Assembly: GCA_050633305.1 (NCBI GenBank)
Contig: JBOEGF010000018.1
Span: 864,001 to 928,000 of the forward strand
Origin: Nannocystales bacterium
GTDB taxonomy: Bacteria > Myxococcota_A > Polyangia > Nannocystales > Nannocystaceae
Direction of reading: 5' to 3'
DNA: 64,000 nt
The notes beneath the pieces were generated by a model. It was given only the letters and a program-made list of their open reading frames with translations. It was not told the DNA's origin and searched no databases. Position numbers and translations under genes: made by a program. Below, piece by piece: positions 1 through 9,872 of the stretch. Positions within the stretch are counted from its first letter, which is position 1. Each line of letters begins with the position of its first letter.

Positions 1-1613
1 TCGACCGCCATTACGTTGCGGGCTTCTGCGATGAAGGAGAGTGTGGCTCCGCTGAAGGAGATTTCAGTTCCGGTCGGGTCCATCAGGGCCACGTATGCGG
101 CGGCAATCTGGGCACCGCTGACCTCTTCGTCCCCCGGGACAGCTGACATCGCGAAGAAGGTTGCCATCGCGGCGTCGTAGGAGAGCGCCGCGCTGGTGAG
201 CGCATCCTCGTCGTTGAAGCGAATCCGGTATCGAATATTGAACGCACTGAAGTTGACCGGGTCGAAGATGATGGGCGAGTAGCCCTCGATGTTGTCGCTA
301 ATGACCTGCTTGATCGGGACGAGGCCTTCCGTCCCGGGCGTGGGCCCGATCTCGTTGATCATCCGCTCGAGCTCCGGGACCGAGCCGTGGCTGAAGTGGA
401 AACGCGGCATTGGGGGCTGGCTGAGTGCCCAGGCACTGAAGTAGCCGTACAGTAGCGCTTGGGTCTCGGACGTGCCCAGGAAGAGAATGTCCGTGTAGTG
501 GTCGTCTCGGTTTTCGTAGACGGCAGGAAGGACACCGATCGCCCCGGCGATCGTTGCTCCGTAGGATGCAAGCAGCTCGTCCTGCGTCGCGAAACTCGCT
601 GGGTTCTCGTACGTCGAGACGAAGATCTCCATTCCCGGAAGCAACGCCTCGAGCTCGGTCTGTACACCTGCGAGCAGGCCGGTGCCGTACGCATCGTCCT
701 TGGCCAGGATCAGCAGACGTTCCATCCGGGTCTCGACGGGCTCGGCCCGCCGCTCGGTCATACGGTCGATGATGCCGTTGGATTGGTACGTGTCCGGAGC
801 GATCGTTCTCCAGACGAGGTCGTTGTCGTTGAGCTCGGTGATCGAGGTCGCGGTTGCGGTGGGCGTGACGATGAAGACGCCGCGATCGACCGTGACATTG
901 GTGGCAACGGCGAGGACCGACTCACTGAATGCCGGCCCGACGATCGCGGGCACACCGACGTTGTCCGCAAGGTGGGTCGCAGCGTCGACGGCTGCATCGA
1001 CCCCAGCGGTGGAGTCGCAGGACACCCACGCAATCTGGCGGTCGCCCTGCAAGGTTGTGTTGTCGTTGAAGTCCTCGACGGCGAGTTGCACGGCGTTGAC
1101 CAGCGGCTGAACGAGGTCCTCAAAGGCGCCCCCACTAGGGAAGATCGAGCCGATGTAGACGACGTTGTCCCGGTCGAAGTCGTCGTCGTCGGGATACTGG
1201 ACGCTCTGGCACTCGGCGGACAGAAGGGCGAGACACGTGTTGTCGGGGCCGCAGCGTTCGTCGGTGGAGCAGTCCGTGTTCACCGTACACATCACCGCGT
1301 CGGTGTCGGTATCGGTCGTAGGGTCGGTGTCGGACGGATCGGTGGTCTCGGTCGTGTCGGTGCTCGGACCCATGGTCGTGGGTCCGGTGGTCGTGGACGG
1401 TTGCGTGGTGTCAGTGGTCACTCCACCGCTCGACGTGCCAGCCGTCGAAGAGCCGCCGGGCGGGACGCAGAAGTTGTCTTCGCACGTCCCCGCACCGTTG
1501 GAGTACGCGCAGTCGTCATCGCTCGAGCAAGGCTGTTGCTCGTCGAGGCCCAACGTCAAGCTGCAGCCACCAAGGGCCAGGACGGACAATGCAAACCAGA
1601 CTTCGCGTTTCAT
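1..1613 (-). CDS. Lipoprotein with Cys-rich modules, Thr/Asp-rich stalk and LivJ-like (type I periplasmic binding) domain; 3' end runs off the window
   Basis: Not in the ORF track; translated by hand from ATG at 1613: MKREVWFALSVLALGGC (lipobox), CSSDDDC..C..C, TTDTTQPSTTTGPTT stalk, then VVYIGSIFPSGG..NAVQLAVEDFN..VPAIVGPAFS..LVWRTIAPDTYQ..SYDAA; the stretches I translated at both ends are in the same frame and stop-free. Confidence 0.8.
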   Translation of the reverse strand, partial: MKREVWFALSVLALGGCSLTLGLDEQQPCSSDDDCAYSNGAGTCEDNFCVPPGGSSTAGTSSGGVTTDTTQPSTTTGPTTMGPSTDTTETTDPSDTDPTTDTDTDAVMCTVNTDCSTDERCGPDNTCLALLSAECQSVQYPDDDDFDRDNVVYIGSIFPSGGAFEDLVQPLVNAVQLAVEDFNDNTTLQGDRQIAWVSCDSTAGVDAAVDAATHLADNVGVPAIVGPAFSESVLAVATNVTVDRGVFIVTPTATATSITELNDNDLVWRTIAPDTYQSNGIIDRMTERRAEPVETRMERLLILAKDDAYGTGLLAGVQTELEALLPGMEIFVSTYENPASFATQDELLASYGATIAGAIGVLPAVYENRDDHYTDILFLGTSETQALLYGYFSAWALSQPPMPRFHFSHGSVPELERMINEIGPTPGTEGLVPIKQVISDNIEGYSPIIFDPVNFSAFNIRYRIRFNDEDALTSAALSYDAAMATFFAMSAVPGDEEVSGAQIAAAYVALMDPTGTEISFSGATLSFIAEARNVMAV

Positions 1614-1678
1614 TCAAGCTCTCCCTCGACTCCGGTTGGGGCCCGAACCACCCATTCGCCCGAGAATTCAGTTGGCCG

Positions 1679-2605
1679 CTAGAACCGGCCGTGCACGGCA
1701 GCGCCCGCCGAGCGTGGCGAGGCGGCCGGGGCGATGACCCAGCGCCGAGGAGGAACGCCTGCCGTCGAGGCGGGCTTGCCTTTTCCGAGGGTGGTGAGCA
1801 CCAGGACGAGGCCGGCCGCAGCAAGGACACCACCGGTGATGAACATCGCATCGGCGGCTCGTGCCTGCCGTCGCGCGTCATCTCGCATTCGGAGCGCATC
1901 GTCGACAAACTCGGCGGCATCCGCATCGTCGGCGTTGGACTGGGCAAGGCCGCCGAGCACGCCGCCCACGATGAGGCCGGCACCGCCGACGCCCAGGAGG
2001 GTGTAGCCGGCGATTCGCTGGCCGCGTTTCTTTTCCGTGGGCCCACGGTCATCCTCTGAGTCCGAGTTCTCCCCCGCGGCTTCGAGGGATGTCTCCTCGG
2101 GCGGCGGTGTGTCGTCGCCTTCGTCGTTCTGGCCCTCGTCCTGGCCTTCGTTCTCCTCCTCGAGCTGTTGCAGGGCGCCGCGCAGCACTTTGAGCCGCTC
2201 GGTCGCCGCCTCGCGGGACTGGAGGTCGACGCCTGGTTGGGAGACGAACTTCTGATAGTGGGCGACCGCTTGCTCGAGATCGCCCTTCTCTTCGTACACA
2301 CGCCCGATGTTGAAGAGGTAGTTGGGGTTGGCGTTGAGCCCGTATGCCTGTTCGAACAGGCCGATGCTCTCGTCGTAGCGCTTGGCGGAGAACGCCTCGA
2401 CAGCCTTCTCGCTGAGAGCCTCGGCGTCTGCGTTGGTGCTTGCGCTGTCCGCAGGTGCGGCGTTGACCCTGGCGAGGGCGAGGCAGGGCGTGCTCGCGAG
2501 TACCAACGCACACAGGGTCCCGACCATGCCACTCATGCTGCTCATGCTGCGCCCGTGCGTACTGCGGGCAGGGGGGGAGCTGGGGGTGTTGAGCGTGCGT
2601 GGCAT
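1679..2605 (-). CDS. Exported TPR protein with acidic linker, C-terminal hydrophobic segments and terminal GxF strand
   Basis: Signal-like N-terminus (true start may be the downstream MSSMSG), TPR-like helices (YDESIGLFEQAY..YLFNIGRVYEEKGDLEQAVAHYQKF), two Gly/Ala-rich hydrophobic stretches, ends VHGRF. Confidence 0.75.
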   Translation of the reverse strand: MPRTLNTPSSPPARSTHGRSMSSMSGMVGTLCALVLASTPCLALARVNAAPADSASTNADAEALSEKAVEAFSAKRYDESIGLFEQAYGLNANPNYLFNIGRVYEEKGDLEQAVAHYQKFVSQPGVDLQSREAATERLKVLRGALQQLEEENEGQDEGQNDEGDDTPPPEETSLEAAGENSDSEDDRGPTEKKRGQRIAGYTLLGVGGAGLIVGGVLGGLAQSNADDADAAEFVDDALRMRDDARRQARAADAMFITGGVLAAAGLVLVLTTLGKGKPASTAGVPPRRWVIAPAASPRSAGAAVHGRF

Positions 2606-2614
2606 GGGGGAGGA

Positions 2615-4729
2615 TCAGTCCTTGGTGGGAAGGAAGACGCCTCCGCCACCCTCTTGTGAGTCTTTCGTGGGGAGAAAGACGGAACTCGGCTTTTTTGCCT
2701 TGGGTGTGGGCTTGGGTGCGGGCTCAGGGGCTGCCGCGGGCTTGGCCGATGGGGTGGCCTCCTTGGGGTCGGCCGAGGACACGGGTGGCTGGCTATCGGA
2801 TGCGCCGCGTTTGCGGCCCTTGCCGACGAGCCGGGCCCGGAGGTTTTCGGTCCCGGTCTCGAGCACGTTGAGCTCCTCTTGCCACGGAAGGTAGCCTCGG
2901 GCGGTCATGCGGACCGTGTGCGTCCCGACCGAGAGCGACCCCTTGAATGGGGTCGTGCCCTGAGGTTCGCCGTCGATGAAAAGGTTGGCCAACGGGCGGG
3001 AGCTGATATTGACGGGGCCGTAGACGGCGTCGGGGTCGATGGTGGCCGGTTGCGGAGCGGCTGAGGCCGGCTCGTCTGGCGCGAGGCTCTTCAGCTTTGC
3101 CGCGGCGCCGACATGGGTCGCGTCGGCCTTGAGGACATCCCGATACGCCTGCACTGCAGAGGCGGTCTCCCCGTCGGCCTCGAAGGCCTCGCCGGCCGCC
3201 ATCAACTTGGCGATGGCCAGCTGGGAATCGAGCTTTTTGACTCGCTGCGCCAGGGCGGGGGCGGTGCGGGCGGGGGCCCGCACCGAGTCGAGCATGTCGC
3301 TGGCGCGCACGAGTTCGCCGTCGTCGATCAACGTGCGGGCCTGCGACAACGTCTCATCGTGGCTGAGGGCGGCTGCGCCCGCGGATGCGACTGAAGCCTC
3401 TCGAGGACCCTCGCTGTCCGAGCCGGACTCACCGCTGTTGCTCTGCAGCGCGAAGTAGACCAAGCCCCCGGCGAGCACAACAACCGCAGCCGCGAGTCCG
3501 AGCACGGTGCCGCGGTTTTGGGGCGCTTGGACTTCGACCGGCCCTGTGTACTGCGGATCTTGAGAGGGTTGGCTGAGCGTGACCGGCTCAGGCGTGGGGC
3601 TGTTGTCCGGGCTGAGGATCGGCGTCGGAATCCCGTCGGACGCGTCTGGATCGTCCATGGAGGGGCTGGCGGGGAGCGTCGAGGCCGAGTCGGCAGCCAC
3701 GGTTGGGTGGCGTCCGCTGATCGCCTGGGATCCGACGAGTTGAACCAGTCCCGTGTTGCCATAGCCGGGGCGGGGGACCTCTCCTGTGGGGTGCCGAGGC
3801 CCGACGTTGGGGGGGGCTTCGCGTCGCTCGACCTTGGGCAGTCGAAACAGAGACGCTGGGACCACGTCGATCAGCTGCTCGACGATCGCGTTGGCATCGT
3901 CAGGCCGGGAGGTGGGTGCCTTGACCAAGCACTGGTGGACCAGCTTGATCAGGCCCTCGGGCACCGAGTGGTCCGTGGGCAGGACGTCGTGCAGGGGGAC
4001 AGGGTCGTTGTGGATCGTCTTGTAGAAGACGGTCGCGCTCTCATCCCCTTCGAACGGCAGGCGTCCGGAGAGCATGAAGTAGAAGAGGGCTCCCAACGAA
4101 AACACGTCGACTCGAACGTCGAGTTCTTCATTGCCCTCGATGACTTCGGGTGCCAGGTAGCCGGCGGTGCCCAGGACGTGTTCCTCGGTGACCGGTTGCT
4201 CATCGCGCGTCAGCTTGGCGAGCCCGAAGTCGAGAATCTTGACGAAGTTCGCCCGGCCCTTGCGCTCACACAACATGATGTTGGCGGGCTTGATGTCGCG
4301 GAGCATGACCCCGCGACTGTGGGCGTGGCCGACCCCCTTGAGAACTTGGGCGGCGATCGGGACGAACGTGTGGAGATCGAGACTGCGCCGCTCTGCGATG
4401 AAGTCGCTGAGAACCTCGCCCTCCAGGTACTCCATCACCAGGTAGGCTCGGCCGGAGTCCTGGCCCGAATCGAGGAGCCGGACGATGTTGGGGTGGCGGA
4501 CGCCGCCGAGGCGTTCGGACTCTCGCTTGAATCGTCGGACGGCCTCGGGTTTCCGGGACCAGTCGGGAGAGAGAATCTTGAGGACGACGTCCTCACCGGT
4601 CTCGGTGTTTTCGGCCAGGTACACCAGGCCGACGCCGCCACGCCCAATGAGGGTGCGCACCGAATACCTGCCCCCGAAAACCTGACCGATCAGCGGGTCT
4701 TGCACCGCCGTTTGTTTCTCGTCTCCCAT
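2615..4729 (-). CDS. Membrane Ser/Thr protein kinase with extracytoplasmic TPR-like and PEGA domains
   Basis: GRGGVG, VLK, LRDIKPAN, DFG, GTAGYLAPE, DVFSLG; one TM (VLGLAAAVVVLAGGLVYFAL); PEGA pattern ISSRPLANLFIDGEPQGTTP..GTHTVRMTARGY; start set at MGDEKQ. Confidence 0.9.
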   Translation of the reverse strand: MGDEKQTAVQDPLIGQVFGGRYSVRTLIGRGGVGLVYLAENTETGEDVVLKILSPDWSRKPEAVRRFKRESERLGGVRHPNIVRLLDSGQDSGRAYLVMEYLEGEVLSDFIAERRSLDLHTFVPIAAQVLKGVGHAHSRGVMLRDIKPANIMLCERKGRANFVKILDFGLAKLTRDEQPVTEEHVLGTAGYLAPEVIEGNEELDVRVDVFSLGALFYFMLSGRLPFEGDESATVFYKTIHNDPVPLHDVLPTDHSVPEGLIKLVHQCLVKAPTSRPDDANAIVEQLIDVVPASLFRLPKVERREAPPNVGPRHPTGEVPRPGYGNTGLVQLVGSQAISGRHPTVAADSASTLPASPSMDDPDASDGIPTPILSPDNSPTPEPVTLSQPSQDPQYTGPVEVQAPQNRGTVLGLAAAVVVLAGGLVYFALQSNSGESGSDSEGPREASVASAGAAALSHDETLSQARTLIDDGELVRASDMLDSVRAPARTAPALAQRVKKLDSQLAIAKLMAAGEAFEADGETASAVQAYRDVLKADATHVGAAAKLKSLAPDEPASAAPQPATIDPDAVYGPVNISSRPLANLFIDGEPQGTTPFKGSLSVGTHTVRMTARGYLPWQEELNVLETGTENLRARLVGKGRKRGASDSQPPVSSADPKEATPSAKPAAAPEPAPKPTPKAKKPSSVFLPTKDSQEGGGGVFLPTKD

Positions 4730-4970
4730 CGTCCGCCTGCTCCCGATCGCTCGCTTGCGTTTGGGTTCCCCGCAGAACCTTTCCGCAAAGGCCATCACAC
4801 TCAATGTGCGACGGCGCCTTCAGAAGGTACGCTGAAAGCGTGCTCTGAGCCACAACACGTTGCTCTCAGGTCCGTACCGAGCGGGGGGCGGCCCTGAAGC
4901 CGGAATTGGCGTGGCACGCAGTGCATGGCGCGATGTCGTCATCGGGCCGGTGTCGTACGTCCGCCGCGAC

Positions 4971-5402
4971 TCACTCATCCGAGGTCGGCTTCGCGCGTGG
5001 TCCGGCCTTCTCGTATCGGTGCCCCTCGGGGGCATGTTCGCCGATGAAAACAGCGTTCGGTCCTTCGATGTCCTCACCGCCCACAAACGCATCGAGCGAA
5101 CCGAACGCCACGGACCAGAACCCGCGCTGGCTTCGAACCAACGGGGTGCGACCCGAGTGCTGACAAATTGCGCACCATGAGAACGCGCCGGGTCGGTCTT
5201 CGGGTCCCTCGGTCACGAAACCACGGGCTTTGCAGGCCACGCAGTCGACTTCGCCGATCTCCTCTCGGGAAGTGCGATCGGCTTCGACGGCTTCACGCTC
5301 GCGCCGCGCTTCCCACTCGGCGGCGACAGGAAATCCGCACTGCGGGCATGCCGCGGCGCGGTCGGAGACACGGTGCGCACACTCGGGACACTCAACGAGC
5401 AC
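4971..5402 (-). CDS. Small protein with zinc ribbon and a second CxxC pair
   Basis: CPEC..CPQCG and CVACKARG..CAICQHSG. Confidence 0.7.
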   Translation of the reverse strand: MLVECPECAHRVSDRAAACPQCGFPVAAEWEARREREAVEADRTSREEIGEVDCVACKARGFVTEGPEDRPGAFSWCAICQHSGRTPLVRSQRGFWSVAFGSLDAFVGGEDIEGPNAVFIGEHAPEGHRYEKAGPRAKPTSDE

Positions 5403-5452
5403 GGCGAATCGTAGCTCGTTGAGTGGCGCCAGGAAATGTCGCGGTGATGGCG

Positions 5453-8323
5453 TCAGTCCGCTTTTGGATCGACGACTTCGACCTCGGCGATCTGCGAAAG
5501 CGCTGGCTTGAGCTTGTCGGCAGGACCGACGACGACGATGACGAGGTTGTCGGGGTCGACGAGGTCCTTCGCGGCGGTCACCGCTGCATCCGGAGACACG
5601 TCGCGAATCGCTGACAGGTAGTCACCGTAATAGGTGTCCGGCAGGTCGTTGAGGTCGAGGCGCCACAGCTCGCGGATCAGCGCCTGAGGGGTCTCGCGCC
5701 CTGCTGCGAAGCTCCCGACAATGTAGCTGACCGAGTCATCGCGCTCAGACTTGGAGGGCGCTTCGCTCTGAAGTCGGTCGACCTCTTCGAGGATCGTCGC
5801 GACCGTCTGAGCGACCGTCGCGGTTTTGCTGAACGTCGAGACGGTGAACTGACCGACGAACCGCCCGGTGCGGAAGCCACCGCCCGCACCGTAGGTGAGG
5901 CCTTTCTTCACCCGAATCGTGTCGTTCAGCCTCGAGTTGAAGCCGCCTCCGAAGTACTCGGTGACCACGCGCGCGGTGGTGTACCGGGGATCGGTCCGGG
6001 TGATGGAGGCCTGGCCGACGCGAATCTGCGACTGGTTCGACTTGCGAACAACGAGGTAGATCTTGGTCTTCGCGGCCTTGGGAACAGCCGGAAGTACAAC
6101 CTCGGGTTTTTCACCTTGCGCGGTCCAGGCCGTCATGTGTGTGCGTGCAAGCTCAAACGCGGCTTCGGGCTCGATAGCACCTGCGACGTACAGCGTTGCT
6201 GCGTCGGGGCGGGCGTAGGTCTTCCACCATGCCTCGAGGTCGTCGCGCTTGAGCTTGCGAAGGCCTGCTGCCGTGCCCTCGGGTAGCCGGGCCGCGGGGT
6301 GCTCGCCAAACAGGCGGCGGCGAAGCTCTCGGTTGGCGACATAGTCTGGCGAGCGCTCGGTGACCATCAGCCCGGTGGTGGTCTGTCCGACGTACTCCTC
6401 GAGCTCATCGGCGGGGAAGGTCGGCTCCCGAATGACCTCTGAAAGCAGACGCATCGCACGGTCGGCCTCGCCGTTGAGCGCTCCGACGTAGACGCTTGCC
6501 GAGTCGAGACCGGCCGAACCCGACAGCGAGATGGCGTGGCGGTCGAGCTCGTCGGTGAGCGCCTCGTAGTCGTGGGTCTTGGTGCCGCGTCCGAGCATCG
6601 GCAGGGTGAGGTACGCGGTCCCTTGCTTCTCGTCCGCGTCGGCAAATGAGCCGTACTCCAAGCCCATCCACATGGTGACGTAGGGGACTTCGTCGCTGGG
6701 CAAAACGACCACGTTGAGTCCGTTGTCGAGCGTCGTCTCGAACTTCTTCACGCTGAGGTCGGTGTCCAGGGGCGGCGCGATGGTGGGCGCCTTGGCCAGG
6801 GTCGCGGGGCGTTCGAGGCCCGGCTTTCCAGCGCCCTCTCCACGAATGCTCTCTTCACCGCCTTCGTCGTCGGTGGCGGGCTTGTCGTCGCCGCCGCGGA
6901 TCTGGTCGACGAGGAAGCCGAGCATGTTGGGCTCGATCCGGATCTCCATCTCGTGTTGGGTCACCAGGTAGGTGTTGGCGACCCGCTTGATGTCCTCGGT
7001 CGTAATCTCGGTGATCTCCTTGAAGTCCGAGTTCACGCTCGCAAGGTCCTTGCGAATGACCGCCGCTTCCCCCAGGCGTTGGGCCTTGCTCTGGACGGTT
7101 GTCAGGGACTGCACCTCGGAGGCGAGCATGCCGTTGCGGGCCTTCTCGAGTTCCTCTTCGGTGACGCCGTCCTGCTTGAGTTTCTCGATCTCTGCTCGCA
7201 ACGCAGCCAGAGCCTTGCCCGTGCTGCTTCCGAACGGGCTGAGGACTGCTCCGGCAGCGAAGAGGCCGTCGTGCTCGAGGGTGAAGCCACCGGCGAGCGC
7301 AAACATGGCGACATCCTGCTCGCGGACGAGCGAACGCCACAGCCGGGAACTCTCGCCTCCGCCCAGAATGGTCCCGAGCATCTCGAGCGCCATCTCGTCT
7401 TTGTGGCCCAGGGGCACGGTCCGGTATCCGAGCGCTGCGATCGGGACCGGTCCGTTGCGTTCTTTGATCTTGATCTGCTTGGGTTCGGTCTGCTCGGGCT
7501 CGCGGACCTCGACCCGCGGCGGCTCGTCGTACTTGGGGATCCAGCCGAATGCGGCCTTGGCCGATGCGACAACCTCTTCGTGCTTGACGTCGCCGACCAC
7601 CACCAGCGCGGCGTTGTTCGGGACGTAGTAGGTGTTCCAGAACTCCTGGAGCTCCTTTGCGTCGGCCTCGCCCAGCTCGTTCATGTCCCCGATCGGGCTC
7701 CAGCGGTACGGGTGCTTTTCGTACACGCCCGCGAGGACCTTCTCCAGTGCGGCGCCGTAGGGTTGCTCCTGGCCCCGGCGATATTCCTCTGCGACGACCT
7801 TGCGCTCGATGTCGAAGTAGTCGTCGTTGATCTTGAGGAACGCCATGCGCTCCGCCTCGAGCCACAGGACCATGTCGACCTGATTGCTCGGCACGACCTG
7901 GATGTACGTCGTGTTGTCGAAGCTGGTGTACGCGTTTGCGTTGCCCCCGACGCGGCGGATGTACTCGAAGTGGGCCTTGGGCCCGATGTTCTGGGTGCCG
8001 CGGAACATCATGTGCTCGAACATGTGCGCGAAGCCGCGGCGGTTGGGTTTCTCGTCCTTCGACCCGACGTGGTACCAGACCTGCACGGCCGCAACCGGAG
8101 TGCTGGTGTCCTCGAGGGTGATGACCTGCATCCCGTTGTCGAGGGTGGAGGTCTTGTAGTCGAACGGACGCTCGGGGAGAATGACCGGCGGTCCGTCGGT
8201 CTGCGCCTGCGCCGTCGCCGTTCCGTCTTCGGGGGGAGCCGTCTCCTTGCCACGGCAAGCGGGTACGAGCAGCGACAGCGCCATCATCCAAGGGGCGACC
8301 GAAGAGATGCGGGGGCGTGACAT
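5453..8323 (-). CDS. M16 (insulinase/pitrilysin) family zinc peptidase, probable lipoprotein
   Basis: HMFEH motif, NAYTSFD, YYVPNNA; second M16 half lacks HxxEH; N-terminal LVPAC. Confidence 0.93.
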   Translation of the reverse strand: MSRPRISSVAPWMMALSLLVPACRGKETAPPEDGTATAQAQTDGPPVILPERPFDYKTSTLDNGMQVITLEDTSTPVAAVQVWYHVGSKDEKPNRRGFAHMFEHMMFRGTQNIGPKAHFEYIRRVGGNANAYTSFDNTTYIQVVPSNQVDMVLWLEAERMAFLKINDDYFDIERKVVAEEYRRGQEQPYGAALEKVLAGVYEKHPYRWSPIGDMNELGEADAKELQEFWNTYYVPNNAALVVVGDVKHEEVVASAKAAFGWIPKYDEPPRVEVREPEQTEPKQIKIKERNGPVPIAALGYRTVPLGHKDEMALEMLGTILGGGESSRLWRSLVREQDVAMFALAGGFTLEHDGLFAAGAVLSPFGSSTGKALAALRAEIEKLKQDGVTEEELEKARNGMLASEVQSLTTVQSKAQRLGEAAVIRKDLASVNSDFKEITEITTEDIKRVANTYLVTQHEMEIRIEPNMLGFLVDQIRGGDDKPATDDEGGEESIRGEGAGKPGLERPATLAKAPTIAPPLDTDLSVKKFETTLDNGLNVVVLPSDEVPYVTMWMGLEYGSFADADEKQGTAYLTLPMLGRGTKTHDYEALTDELDRHAISLSGSAGLDSASVYVGALNGEADRAMRLLSEVIREPTFPADELEEYVGQTTTGLMVTERSPDYVANRELRRRLFGEHPAARLPEGTAAGLRKLKRDDLEAWWKTYARPDAATLYVAGAIEPEAAFELARTHMTAWTAQGEKPEVVLPAVPKAAKTKIYLVVRKSNQSQIRVGQASITRTDPRYTTARVVTEYFGGGFNSRLNDTIRVKKGLTYGAGGGFRTGRFVGQFTVSTFSKTATVAQTVATILEEVDRLQSEAPSKSERDDSVSYIVGSFAAGRETPQALIRELWRLDLNDLPDTYYGDYLSAIRDVSPDAAVTAAKDLVDPDNLVIVVVGPADKLKPALSQIAEVEVVDPKAD

Positions 8324-8375
8324 CGCCCGGAGGGTAACGAAAAAGGGGGCGAGGGTGGGGGTATGCTACCGCCGG

Positions 8376-9776
8376 ATGGCGGAGCAGGAGTCGAGGCCCA
8401 AAAGACGTTGGGGCCGCCGGATCGGAGCAGCGGCGGCGGTTCTTCTCGGGGGGGCGGGCGTGTTGGCGACGATCTACGTCCTTCCAACCGCCACTGGGTA
8501 TGTGGCCAAGCTGGGGTGCTCGGGCGTGTTTGTGGCCGGCCAGTCTGCCGAGCGCCTGATGGACGAAGAGTTGAGCCGGATGGGGTACGTGTCGCTGTCG
8601 GTCGACACAGATTCGCAGCGTGCCCGCGCAACCGTGTTTGGGTTGGCCGCTCGGGAGGCGGTCTATCGAGAGGGGATCGGCTGCGCGTTGGTGGTCGACG
8701 CCGATCCCGATGAGGTGCAAGGCGCGGGTCTGGAGGTCCCGCGTGCGCCGGTGTCGAGGGCACCATGGCCCGAGGGCAGCGGTGAGGACACGCGGCCCGA
8801 TCCTCCCGGTCTCGACCGAGCCGCGCTGGAGCTGGCGATCGACCACGTGTTTGAGGAGCCGGACCCGGAGTCGATGCGATGGACACGCGCGGTCGTCGTG
8901 ATCTGGGACGGACGCTTGGTCGCCGAACGCTACGCACCGTGGACGTCGGCCGACGCGCCGCACCTGGGCTGGTCGATGACCAAGAGCGTGACCAACGCGA
9001 TGGTGGGGGCGCTGGTCCTTCGTGGAGATCTCGACCGAGACGGTCTCGCACCGATTCCGCAGTGGTCCGGTGACGACCGAGCGGGGATCTCCTTGGACGC
9101 CCTGATGCGGATGAGCAGTGGTCTGGAGTTTGAGGAGCGCTACGGGCCGCTGGCCGACGCCACGCACATGCTGTTCGAGGTCGACGATGCGGCTGCGGTT
9201 GCACGCGTCAAACCGCTGGCGGTCTCGACCGACACCGAGTTCTCCTACTCGAGCGGGACGACGAATCTACTCGCGTGGATCGTCCGGCTGCAGTTCGACT
9301 CCGACGACGCGTACCACCGGTTCCCGCATGAGGCTTTGTTTGCGCCGCTGGGGATGCGCAGCGCCGTGTTCGAGACCGATGCCTCGGGCACGTTTGTGGG
9401 CTCCTCCTTCTTGTATGCCTCGGGCCGGGATTGGGCGCGGTTCGGCCAACTCTACCTCCAAGACGGCATCTGGAGGGGGGAGCGGGTGCTTCCGGCGGGG
9501 TGGGCGGAGTACAGCGGCACGGCCAGCACCACCGCGAAGAACGGGGAGTATGGAGCCCAGTTTTGGACCAACGCCGGTCCCCCCGACGACCCCAGCGCCC
9601 GGCCGGATCCCGATGTTCCCGCGGGTGCGTTCAAGGCGTCGGGCTACCAAGGGCAGCTTGTGTACGTGGTCCCCTCGCGCAAGGCGGTGGTCGTACGCCT
9701 GGGGATGACGCACGACCGAGCCTCGTGGGATGCCAATGGCTTCACCGCAGAGGTCCTGGCGGCTCTCCCGGACTAA
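8376..9776 (+). CDS. Beta-lactamase-family serine hydrolase with N-terminal anchor
   Basis: WSMTKS (SxxK), FSYSSG, GYQGQ; hydrophobic N-terminal segment; start set at MAEQES. Confidence 0.88.
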   Translation: MAEQESRPKRRWGRRIGAAAAVLLGGAGVLATIYVLPTATGYVAKLGCSGVFVAGQSAERLMDEELSRMGYVSLSVDTDSQRARATVFGLAAREAVYREGIGCALVVDADPDEVQGAGLEVPRAPVSRAPWPEGSGEDTRPDPPGLDRAALELAIDHVFEEPDPESMRWTRAVVVIWDGRLVAERYAPWTSADAPHLGWSMTKSVTNAMVGALVLRGDLDRDGLAPIPQWSGDDRAGISLDALMRMSSGLEFEERYGPLADATHMLFEVDDAAAVARVKPLAVSTDTEFSYSSGTTNLLAWIVRLQFDSDDAYHRFPHEALFAPLGMRSAVFETDASGTFVGSSFLYASGRDWARFGQLYLQDGIWRGERVLPAGWAEYSGTASTTAKNGEYGAQFWTNAGPPDDPSARPDPDVPAGAFKASGYQGQLVYVVPSRKAVVVRLGMTHDRASWDANGFTAEVLAALPD

Positions 9777-9872
9777 AGGACTCTACGGGGCGGCCCCGTG
9801 GTGTTGCACACGTGCGGACGCCGCAGCCGAAGCTGCTTGTTGCGCCGAAAGCGTCCGCGCTACACTCCGGTG

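Noticed and set aside
4810..4890. CTCTCAGGTCCGTACCG resembling the 3' part of a glycine riboswitch
   Set aside because: No upstream GGAGA and GCCGAAG elements and no co-oriented downstream gene
4913..4926. TGGCACGCAGTGCA as a sigma-54 promoter
   Set aside because: GG-to-GC spacing is 2 bp short of the -24/-12 consensus and no + strand gene follows
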